Of a DNA stretch of 64,000 nt, positions 19,601-31,600 are shown piece by piece. The stretch comes from Phyllobates terribilis. Taxonomy: Eukaryota. The translations under genes and the position numbers were made by a program. A model generated the notes under the pieces. The model was not told where the DNA came from. It ran no database searches and was given only the letters and a program-made list of their open reading frames with translations. The stretch lies in NCBI RefSeq assembly GCF_046119375.1, contig NW_027362761.1:803520001-803584000 (forward strand). Reading direction: 5' to 3'. Numbering within the stretch: the first letter of the stretch is position 1; every line of letters starts with the position of its first letter.

Positions 19601-22600
19601 ACTTCACAACATTCTGATTTGTGGTAACGATGGCATCCTATGACAGTGCCACACTTGTACAACTCCTAATAATGGAGGGATTTGGCCAGGCCTTTACGCC
19701 ACCTTCATGGTTTAAAAAGTTCATTTCAGTTCGCTCTATTTTTGCATTTTTTTTTTACCGATCTCAACACTTTTGAGAAGCAGCAAGAAAGCGGGGAAGG
19801 TTTTTTTTTTTTGAGAGGAGCAAAACCAACCACATGCTGACAATTTCCTATAATTTATGCCATAAATTTGTTAAAAAGGCAAATATGTGCCAAATTTATT
19901 AAGGGGTACTCCACTGGACATCTGCATGACTTGTTTGCAATAGGGGTGACTGAAATATCTGTTGAAAATGATAGAGCTGGATGATGGAGGCGCCTAGCTG
20001 CTGAAAGGGGAGAACTTTAATTTCGTTTGATCGATTCCTGTGGTTTTTTTGCCTTTATAGAGGAATCTGTATACAGTATTTAGCTTTTATTTACTACACT
20101 ATTTTCAGTCATTTATTTTTTTTAAATCCAATGTGTAAAAAATATCAGGTGTTTGTCACTTTTTATTGATTACAGCCACAGAAAATAGAAAATCCTTTTA
20201 AAGAGCCTCCAAAGAGGTGCATCTTGTGTGGCATCCCAGTAGATTACAAGAATACACAGGTATGTTTCTACAAGCTTAAAGGGGTTGGCCTCTACGTTAC
20301 ATGTCCCTCTCATGTGAACTAACTGCCATAGATAAATAAGCATTTCAATAAATATCTTGCTTTGTCAAATCTAGCTGTAACCTGAGCTGCTCTTCTGTTC
20401 ACATGATCTCTGGCAGACTTCTTGTGATGTCACTTCAAAATCTCCCTGAGTTCCTGGCTCTAGAATCTGATGGGTGGGTGGAGCTTGCCATGCTGGTGGG
20501 CGGTGCTCCATTCAGCCACCAATTGTGCAAGTTCTCCCACTTAAAAAGATGAGAGAGGCCTGTAATTGACATCATAGGTAGACCCCAACTATGAGAGACA
20601 AAATGAGAAAACAAATCCTGAAAATCACATTGTCTGATTTGGAAAGAATTTTTTTTTTTCAAATTTTGGTGGAAAATAAGTATTTGGTCACCTACAAACA
20701 AGCTAGATATCTGGCTCTCACAGACCTGTAACTTCTTCTTTAAGAGGCTCCTCTGTCCTCCACTCATTACCTGTAGTACTGGCACCTGTTTGAACTTGTT
20801 ATCAGTATAAAAGACACCTGTCTGCAACCTCAAACAGTCACACTCCAAACTCCACTATGGTGAGGACCAAAGAGCTGTCAAAGGACACCAGAAACAAAAT
20901 TGTAGCCCTGCACCAGCCTGGGAAGACTGAATCTGCAATAGGCAAGCAGCTTGGTGTGAAGAAATCCACTGTGGCAGCAATAATTAGAAATGGAAGACAT
21001 ACAAGACCACTGATAATCTCCCTCGATCTGAGGCTCCACACAAGTTCTCACCACGTGGGTTCAAAATGATCTCAAGAACTGTGAGCAAAAATCCCAGAAC
21101 CACACGAGGGGACCTAGTGAATGACCTGCAGAGAGCTGGGACCAACGTTACACATACTACGCCGCCAGGGACTCGGATCCTGCAGCGCCAGACGTGTCCC
21201 CCTGCTTAAGCCATTACATGTCTGGGCCCTTCTGAAGTTTGCTAGAGAGCATTTGGATGATCCAGAAAAGTATTGGGAGACTGTCATATGGTCAGATGAA
21301 ACCAAAGTAGAACAGTTTGGTAGAAACACAACTTGTCGTGTTTGGAGGAGAAAGAATGCTGAGTTGCATCCAAAGAACACCATACCTACTGTGAAGCATG
21401 GGGGTGGCAACATCATGGTTTGGGGCTGTTTCTCAGCCAATGGACTAGGACGACTGATCCGTGTACATGAAAGAATGAATGGGGCCATGTATCGTGAGAT
21501 TTTGAGTGCAAACCTCCTTCCATCAGCAATGACATGGAAGATGAAACGTGGCTGGGTCTTTCAGCATGACAATGATTCCAAGCACACCGCCAGGGCAATG
21601 AAGGAGTGGCTTCGTAAGAAGCATTTCAAGGTCCTGGAGTGGCCTAGCCCGTCTCCAGATCTAAACCCTATAGAAAACCTTTGGAGTGAGTTGAAAGTCC
21701 GTGTTGCCCAGCGACAGCCCCAAAACATCACTGCTCTAGAGGAGATCTGCATGGAGGAATAGGCCAACATACCAGCAACAGTGTATGCCAACCTTGTGAA
21801 GACTTATAGAAAACGTTTGACCTCTGTCATTGCCAACAAAGGATATTCAGTGGGTACAGAAAGTATTCAGACCCCTTTATATTTTTCACTCTGTTTCATT
21901 GCAGCCATTTGGTAAATTCTAAAAAGTTCATTTTTTTTCTCATTAAAGTACACTCTGCACCCCATCTTGACTGAAAAAAAACAGAAATGTAGAAATTTTT
22001 GAAAATTTATTAAAGAAAAACTGATATCACTTGGTCATAAGTATTCAGACCCTTTGCTCAGTATTGAGTAGAAGCGCCCTTTTGAGCTAGTACAGCCATG
22101 AGTCTTCTTGGGAATGATACAACAAGTGTTTCACACCTGGATTTGGGGATCCTCTGCCATTCTTCCTTGCAGATCCTCTCCAGTTCCATCAGGTTGGATG
22201 GTGAACGTTGGTGGACAGCCATTTTCAGGTCTCTCCAGAGATGTTCAATTGGGTTTAGGTCTGGGCTCTGGCTGGGCCAGTCAAGAATGGTCACAGTTTT
22301 TCTGAAGCCACTCCTTTGTTATTTTCGCTGTGTGATTAGGGTCAGTCTTGTTGGAAGGTGAACCTTCGGCCAAGTCTGAGGTCCAGAGCACTCTGGAAGA
22401 GGTTTTCATCCAGGATATCTCTGTTCTTGGCCGCATTCATGTTTCCTTCAATTGCAACCAGTCGTCCTGTCCCTGAAGCTGAAAAACACCTCCATAGCAT
22501 GATGCTGCCACCACCATGTTTCACTGTTGGAATTGTATTGGGCAGGTGATGAGCAGTTCCTGGTTTTCTCCACACATACCGCTTAGAATTATCACCAAAA

Positions 22601-25600
22601 AGTTCTATCTTCGTCTCATCAGACCAGAGAATCTTATTTCTCATAGTCTGGGAGTCCTTCATGTGTTTTTGAGCAAACTCTATGCGGGCTTTCATATGTC
22701 TTGCATTGAGGAGAGGCTTCCATCTGGCCACTCAGCCATAAAGGCCCGACTGGAGGGCTGCAGTGATAGTTGACTTTGTGGAACTTTCTCCCATCTCCCT
22801 ACTGCATCTCTGGAGCTCAACCACAGTGATCTTGGGGTTTTTCTTTACCTCTCTCTCCAAGGCTCTTCTCCCACGATTGCTCAGTTTGGCAGGACGGCCA
22901 GGTCTAGAAGACTTCTGTTGGTTCCCGACTTCTTCCATTTAAGGATTAATGAGGTCACTGTGCTCTTAGAAACCTTGAGTAATGCAGAAATTCTTTTGTA
23001 ACCTTGGCCAGATCTGTGCCTTGCCACAATTCTGTCTCTGAGCTCTTTGGGCAGTTCCTTTGAGCTCATGATTCTCATTTGGTCTCACATGCACTGTGAG
23101 CTGTGAGATCTTATATACAACCCCTGGCAAATTATGGAATCACTGGGCTCGGAGGATGTTCATTCAGTTGTTTAATGTTGTTGAAAAAAAAGCAGATCAT
23201 AGACATGTCACAAAACTAAAGTAATTTCAAATGGCAACTTTATGGCTTTAAGAAACACTAAAAGAAATCAAGATAAAAAATGTGGTACTCAGTAAGACTG
23301 TGTGCCCACTATGCGTTTTTTAAGCGTTTCCGCATCGGCAATTCCGCTGCAGAAACGCTTAAAAAACACTTGGTAGAAGGTCAGCCATGTTCCCCAATGA
23401 TAATCAGCATGTGCTGTGCACATGCTGGGGAAATTTCCGCTGCGGATTATCATTGCAGAAAAATCCGCAGCACTACCAATTATTTTGCGGAATTGCGGCG
23501 TTTTCGACGCCATTGACTTGCAATGGACCGCATGACATCCGCATCACTACATCTGCAGATGCGGATATATCATGCGGCTCAGTGTGCGGATGGAACCCGG
23601 GTTTGGAGAAGAGGAGACTCTCCTCCGGACCCGGGTACCATAGTACCTGTAAAAAAAAGAATAAAATAAAAAATATACATTATACTTACCTTCTGATGGC
23701 CCCCAGTCTCCATAGCGATGCGTCCTGGCTTGCCGGCAGCTTGCGATGGTCTAAAAAGGACCTACCATGACGTCATTTAGTCATGTGATGAGTCACGCGA
23801 CCGCCGACGTTGGTGGTCGCGTGTCCAATCACATGACTAAATGACGTCATGGCAGGTCCTTTTAGTCTACCGCGAGCTGCCGGCAAGCCAGGACGCATCG
23901 GATAAAGACACCGGGGGCCATCAGAAGGTAAGTATAATATTTATTTTTTTACCACTCTTTCGGTCACACTATATAAATCCATGCCGTTTGCATGGATTTA
24001 TATAGTGTGACCAAGTTGACAAGCACTTTCCAAGTGATGCTAAAATCGTTTGGAAAGCGCTTGACAACCCGCATGCGGAAATGCATGTGAAGAAAGCTTC
24101 ACATCCGCATGTCCCTGGCAGGAAAAACGCATGTAAAATCCTCATGCGTTTTTTCTGCAAGGGAGATGCAGAAACGCTCAGGAAAAATCCGGAGCATTTC
24201 TGCATCGTGGGCACATAGCCTAAGGCTATGTGCCCACGTTGCGGACCTGAAGCATATTTTTTACGCTTCTCCCTGGCGGGAAAATCGCATGCGGATATTA
24301 CATGCGGTTTTCCCGCCAGGTAGAAGCGTTTGTGAGGCGTCTTTGCATGCATTTCCGCATGCGGGTTATCAAGCACTTCTCCAAGCATCACTTGGAAAAG
24401 TGCTTGACAACTTGTTCAGAATGGTAAAAAATAAAAAAATAAACTTTATACTCACCTTCTGATGCATTCTCTGCCCCGTCCGGAGTCTTGAGCGGCTCAC
24501 GCTGTTGTGTGCAGGACCTGCGGTGACGTCATTGAGTCATGTGGTGGGTCACATGACTCAATGACGTGGCAGGTCCTTCAGACAACAGCGCGACGGAGGG
24601 AAAACATCAGAAGATAAGTATAAACTTTATTTTATTCTTTTTTTTACAGGTTCTTTGGTACCCAGGTCTGGAGGAGAGTCTCCTCTCCTCCAGACTTGGG
24701 TACCATCCGCACATTGATTCCGCAGCGCTTCCGCAAAATTAATGAACATGCTGCGGATTTTTGACTGCAGCATATACGCTGCGGAAAAATCCGCAGCATG
24801 GGCATTGACATTGCGGAATGCCATTGGGGACCATGGGGTGCGGATCTACATGCGTTTTTCAAGCGTTTACGCTGCGGAAATTCCGCAGCATATACGCTTG
24901 AAAAACGCTACGTGGGCACACAGCCTAAGGGTAACTTTTTTTCAGACCAAGCAGAGGGAAAAAATTATGGAATCACTCAATTCTGAGGAAAAAAATATGG
25001 AATCATGAAAAGCTTTGCAGGTTGGAGCCTTGTCATGGACCATTTTCTTCAACTTCCACCAAAGATTTCCAATTGGATTGAGATCCGGACTATTTGCTGG
25101 CCATGACATTGACCTTATGTGTCTTCTTTCAAGGAATGTTTTCAGTTTTTGCTCTATGGCAGGATGCATTATCATCTTGAAAAATGATGTCATCATCCCC
25201 AAACATCCTTTCAATTGATGAGATAAGAAAACTGTCCAAAATATCAATGTAAACTTGGGCATTTATTGACGATGTAATGACAGCCATCTCCCCAGTGCCT
25301 TTACCTGACGTGCAGCCCCATATCATCAATGACTGTGGAAATTTGCATGTTCTCTTCATGCAGTCATCTTTATAAATCTCATTGGAACGGCACCAAACAA
25401 AAGTTCCAGCATCATCACCTTGCCCAATGCAGATTCGCGATTCATCACTGAATATGACTTTCATCCAGTCATCCACAGTCCACGATTGCTTTTCCTTGGC
25501 CCACTGTAACCTTGTTTTTTTCTGTTTAGGTGTTAATGATGGCTTATGTTTAGCTTTTCTGTATGTAAATCCCATTTCCTTTAGGCGGTTTCTTACAGTT

Positions 25601-28600
25601 CGGTCACAGACATTGACTCCAGTTTCCTCCCATTCGTTCCTCATTTGTTTTGTTGTGCATTTCCTGTTTTGGAGACATATTGCTTTAAATTTCCGGTCTT
25701 GACGTTGTTTGCCTTTAACAACCTTCCCATGTTGTTTCTATTTGGTCCAGATTTTAGACACAGCTGACTGTGAACAACCAACATCTTCTGCAACATTGCA
25801 TGATGATTTACCTTCTTTTAAGAGTTTGATAATCCTCTCCTTTGTTTCAATTGACATCTCTCGTGTTGGAGCCATGATTCATGTCAGTCCACTTGATGCA
25901 ACAGCTCTCCAAGGTGTGATCACTCCTTTTTAGATGCAGACTAACGAGCAGATCTAATTTGATGCAGGTGTTAGTTTTGGAAATGAAAATTTAGAGGGTG
26001 ATTCCATAATTTTTTCCCTCTGCTTGATCTGTAAAAAATTACCCTTACCGAGTACCACATTTTTTTATTTCTTTTAGTGTTTCTTAAAGCCATAAAGTTG
26101 CCATTTGAAATGACTTTAGTTTTGTGCCATGTCTGTGATCTGCTTTTTTTTCAACAACATTAAACAACTGAATGAACATCCTCCGATCCCGGTGATTCCA
26201 TAATTTTTTTGCCAGGGGTTGTAGACAGGTATATGCCTTTCCAAATCAAGTCCTATCAGTTTAATTAAACCCAGCTGGACTCCAATGAAGGAGTACAACC
26301 ATCTCAAGGAGGATCAAAAGGAAATGGACAGCATGTGACTTAAATATAAGTGTCTGAGCAAAGAAAGGGTCTGAATACTTATGACCATGTGATATTTCAG
26401 TTTTTCTTTTTTAATAAATTTGCACAAATTTCTACATTTCTGTTTTTTTTCAGTCAAGATGGGGTGCAGAGTGTACTTTAATGAGAAAAAAAATGACCTT
26501 TTTAGAATTTACCAAATGGCGGAAATGAAACAAAGAGTGAAAAATTTAAAGGGGTCTGAATACTTTCCGTACCCACTGTATAACAAAGTATTGAGATGAA
26601 CTTTTGTAATTGACCAAATACTTATTTTCCACCAAAGTTTGAAAAAAAATTTCTTTCCAAATCAGACAATGATTTTCAGGATTTGTTTTCTCATCTTGTC
26701 TCTCATAGTTGAGGTCTACCTATGATGTCAATTACAGGCCTCTCTACTTTTTAAGTGGGAGAACTGCACAATTGGTGGCTGACCAAATACTTTTTTCCCC
26801 ACTGTACATACAAGGGTCTCTTGTATCTGTATGTACACACAGTACAGACCAAAAGTTTGCACACACCTTCTCATTTAAAGATTTTTTCTGTATTTTCATG
26901 ACTTTGAAAATTACATAGTAACATAGTTTGTAAAGCCGAATAAAGACTTGCGTCCATAAAGTTCGACCTGTTAGTTCTGTAATTGCTAAAGTTGATCCAG
27001 AGGAGGGCAAAAACCCCAAATGATTTAGCCAATCTTCACCTGAGGAAAAATTCCCTCCCGACTCTGAAACCAGCAGTCAGAATAAATCCCTGTATCAACC
27101 TACTATTTTATTTTATTTTTAAGTATATGCTGAAATCTGCCTGGTATCTAGAAAAGCATCCAGTCCCCGCTTGAACTGGTGTAGTGAATCCGACATTACC
27201 GTCTCCTCACTCAGTGAATTCCATATTCTCACTGCTCTTACCGTAAAGAACCCCTTCCTATGCTGGTGCTGAAACCTTTTCTCTTCCAGTCTTAGTGAGT
27301 GCCCTCTTGTTACCGTAATATCCCTCCTTTTGAACAAATCCCGGGCAAGATCTCTATACTGTCCCCTAACATATTTGTACACATCTATTATGTCCCCCCT
27401 CAACCTTCTCTTTTCCAGGCTGAATAGTCCTAGTTTTGCCAACCTCTCTGGGTATTGCAGTCCCTCCATTCCCTTTATTAATTTTGTTGCCCTCCTTTGT
27501 ACCTTTTTTTTTTTTTTTTCCTTTTCCAGCAATGTACCCTTCACCTCAATGCACTTCCAAATTGTACATTCACACTGAAGGCATCAAAACTATGAATTAA
27601 CACATGTGGAATTATATACTTAAAGGGGTATTCCCATCTCCAAGATTCTATCCCAATATGTAATAGGTGTAATAATAATAATAATAATATTATTAGCAAA
27701 TATCTTTAATTAGAAATGTAGTAATAGTACTTTTGATTCGCGATGTCTCTTTCCTCATGTGCAGACATTGCAGGATCTTAGGTATCCATGGTTACATCCA
27801 CTGATAAAGTCACAGTTAGTTAGCTAGTTGCTAGTGGACGTAACCATGGATACCTAAGGTCCTGCGATGCCTGCACATGAGGAAAGAGACATAGCGAATC
27901 AAAAATACTATACTACATTACTAATTGGAGATATTTGCTAATATTACTATTATTACACCTACTACATATTGGGATAGGATCTTGGAGATGGGAATACCCC
28001 TTTAACAAAAAAGTGTGAAACAACTGAAAATATGTCTTATACTCTAGGTTCTTCAAAGTAGCCACCTTTTGCTTTGATGACTGCTTTGCACACTCTTGGC
28101 ATTCTCTTGATGAGCTTTAAGAGGTAGTCACCGGAAATGATCTTCCAATAATCTTGAAGGAGTTCCCAGAGATGCTTAGTACTTGTTGGCCCTTTTGCCT
28201 TCACTCTGCGGTCCAGCTCACCCCAAACCATCTCGATTGGGTTCAGGTCTGGTGACTGTGGAGGCCAGGTCATCTGGCAAACCGGATGGAATAGCATGCC
28301 GCTGCAAGATGCTGTGGTAGCCATGCTGGTTCAGTATGCCTTCAATTTTGAATAAATCCCCAACAGTGTCACCAGCAAAGCACCCCCACACCATCACACC
28401 TCCTCCTCCATGCTTCATGGTGGGAACCAGGCATGTAGAGTCCATCCGTTCACCTTTGCTGCGTCGCACAAAGACACTGGTTGGAACCAAAGATCTCAAA
28501 TTTGGACTCATCAGACCAAAGCACAGATTTCCACTGGTCTAATGTCCATTCCTTGTGTTCTTTAGCCCAAACAAGTCTCTTCTGCTTGTTGCCTGTCCTT

Positions 28601-31600
28601 GGCAGTGGTTTACTAGCAGCTATTTTACCATGAAGGCCTGCTGCACAAAGTCTCCTCTTAACAGTTGTTGTAGAGATGTGTCTGCTGCTAGAACTCTGTG
28701 TGGCATTGACCTGGTCTCTAATCTGAGCTGCTGTTAACCTGCAATTTCTGAGGCTGGTGACTCGGATAAACTTATCCTCAGAAGCAGAGGTGACTCTTGG
28801 TCTTCCTTTCCTGAGGCGGTCCTCATGTGAGCCAGTTACTTTGTAGTGCTTGATGGTTTTTGCAACTGCACTTGGGGACACATTCAAAGTTTGCCCAATT
28901 TTTCGGACTGACTGACCTTCATTTCTTAAAGTAATGATGGCCACTCGTTTTTCTTTACTTAGCTGCTTTTTTCTTGCCATAATACAAATTCTAACAGTCT
29001 ATTCAGTAGGACTATCAGCTGTGTATCCACCAGACTTCTGCACAACACAATTGATGGTACCAACCCCATTTATAAGGCAAGAAATCCCACTTATTAAACC
29101 TGACAGGGCACACCTGTGAAGTGAAAACCATTTCCGGTGACTACCTCTTGAAGCTCATCAAGAGAATGCCAAGAGTGTGCAAAGCAGTCATCAAAGCAAA
29201 AGGTGGCTACTTTGAAGAACCTAGAATATAAGACATATTTTCAGTTGTTTCACACTTTTTTGTTAAGTATATAATTCCACATGTGTTAATTCATAGTTTT
29301 GATGCCTTCAGTGTGAATGTACAATTTTCAAAGTCATGAAAATACAGAAAAATCTGTAAATGTGGTGTGTCCAAACTTTGTCTGTACTGTGTGTATGTGT
29401 GTAATATTATATATTATATTATATGTGTGTGTGTGTGTGTGTGTTCACACACTGCTCTATACCCTGTGTAATGTATATATACCCTGCTGTATTCTCCTTA
29501 TACCATGATTACATTCATATCTGTCTCTTCGTCCATCTATCAGTCAATGAGAGGGAGTCAGGGAATAATCTTTAGTACCAGGGCTGTGGTTCACCTAGTG
29601 GTCGGCGCTCATAGTACAGGAGCATTTCTGCTATATAGAGGTGATCTGCTCATCACCTCTATGTAGCAGAGGCGCTCAGTTGCTGCTTCTAGTCTCCTTT
29701 GGAGACTATAGAAGCAAGCAAAAAGTGTTAAAAAAATGTTTTTAAAAAAAATAAAAGTTTAAATCACCCCCCTTTTGCCCCATTCAAAATAAAATAATAA
29801 AAAATAAACCCCACATACACACATTTGGTATCGCCGCGTTCGGAATCGCTTGATCTATCAATATAGAAAAAGAATTAATCCGATCAGTAAACAGCGTAAC
29901 GAGAAAAAAATTCCAAACATCAGAATTACGTTTTTTTGGTCGCCGCAACATTGCAATAAAATGCAATAACGGGCGATCTACCCCAAAATGATTAATCCCG
30001 AAAAATGGAGACGCTACGGGTCTCGGAAAATGGCGCTTTTTTTTTTTCTAGCGAACTTTGGATTTTTTTTTTACCACTTAAATATAAAAGAACCTATACA
30101 TGTTTGGTGTCTACGAACTCGTAATGACCTAGAGAATAATGATGGCAGGTCAGTTTTAGCATCCAGTGAACGTGGAAAGAAAAAATAAAACTGTGGAATT
30201 ACATCTTTTTTTTTTTGCAATTTCACCGCACTTGGAATTTTTTTCCCATTTTCCAGTACATGATATGGTAAAACTAGTAATGGCTTTGTCCCGCAAAAAA
30301 TAAGTCCTCACACGGCCATATTGCCTAAAAAAAAAAAGCTATGGCTCTGGGAACAAGGGGAGCAAAAAACAAAAAAACTGAAAATCCCAAGGTCGTAAAG
30401 GGGTTAAAGGGGTTTTCCCATGAACACAGTTAATTTTCATTAATAGATCTTTGAATAAAAATAAGTTCCACAATTGGATGTGATTAAAACAAAGGTTCCT
30501 GTGTGGAGATAATCTTATAAATGTGCCCCTGCTGTGTACTGAGTAATGGCTGTGTCTGACCGTACAGGGACATGGTCTGATCATACCACATCTCCTGGGC
30601 AGGGGGGAAGCAAAGGAATATACAGACAGGACAGCGTTTGACGACAGTTGATTCTTTCAGTTAAAACATTGCTTAAAAACGGGCAGTTAAATGTTCTGCC
30701 TCACAAAAATAATCAGCTGCGATCCCCTGCTGTAATGTAAGGTCTATATAGTCTTTTGCTTACTCCCCTGCCCAGGAGATGTGGTATGATCAGACCATGT
30801 TACTGTACAGTTAGACACAGCAGGGGAACATTCATACGATTATCTCAGCACAGGGACATTTTATCTAAACACATCCAATTGTGGAACTTATTATTATTCC
30901 AAGATCTATTGATTAAAGTGTACTGTGTTTGTGGGAAAATGCCTTTAAGCATTTATGGCAAATCCAGTACCTAAGTTAGGGTAGACAACCTCTTTAAGTG
31001 CTGGAAGGCATTTTGACTGGGAGAAACAGGTTACTATATTAGGATTCAGCATTTAGTTGAAATATTAGATTTTGATGGCAAGAGGGCAATATTTATCTGC
31101 CACGTTAAGGCTAGGGCTACACTGAAATTGCAGTCGCATATTTCCAGATGTGTTGGCTTTCCTGCCATCCGTCACTTGCCACAAATTTTAATGCAATCGC
31201 ACGTGACTTGCATTAGACTTGGCTGCAGTTTGGCCATTTTGTAATGGTAAAATCATTAAAATAAGTCACGCGGCCGTAAGTTGCACAATGTTTTTAGTGG
31301 TGCGACCACATGTCGCTATCTTGTCCCAGTATAAAGTACAATTTCTAAAACTGGTATCAACATTAAATACTTGATAATTCCATATCTAGTACATTGAGGT
31401 TAGCACTTGTGTTACAGTGTTGGTGCGTCAACATACTATTGTCCACTTCTGTACATAGATAATTTTCTTTCCCATTACTAAATTCCTGGTCAGTAGTTCT
31501 ATCTACCCCACTGGGGTCCCATTATACCCCTACTCCTTATCATTAGAGTATGTTCCCATGGGACGCATCCATATTGAAAATCCACAGCTTTTTACAGTAC

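Larger units (their letters stand above)
21848..26578 (-). mobile_element. Tc1 element B nested in A (frameshifted)
   Basis: CAGTGGGTAC(A/G)GAAAGTATTCAGACCCC TIRs; transposase fragments 22058-23078. Confidence 0.9.
20512..26804 (+). mobile_element. Tc1 element A (outermost of nest; frameshifted; left tip missing)
   Basis: [10 protein letters not shown]... ORFs 20857-21762; interrupted at 21847 and resumes at 26579; right TIR ...TTCCCCACTG|TA. Confidence 0.88.
26840..29389 (-). mobile_element. Tc1 element F (frameshifted) carrying CR1 and MITE insertions
   Basis: CAGTACAGAC...GTCTGTACTG termini; [19 protein letters not shown] 28450-28980 and downstream fragments. Confidence 0.88.

Noticed and set aside
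27503-27558. Possible template-switch chimera (poly-A RNA joined to the CR1 5' end)
   Set aside because: Sequence beyond the T16 run still resembles CR1 ORF2 (LEK before VQRRATK), so an A-run expansion inside CR1 is simpler.
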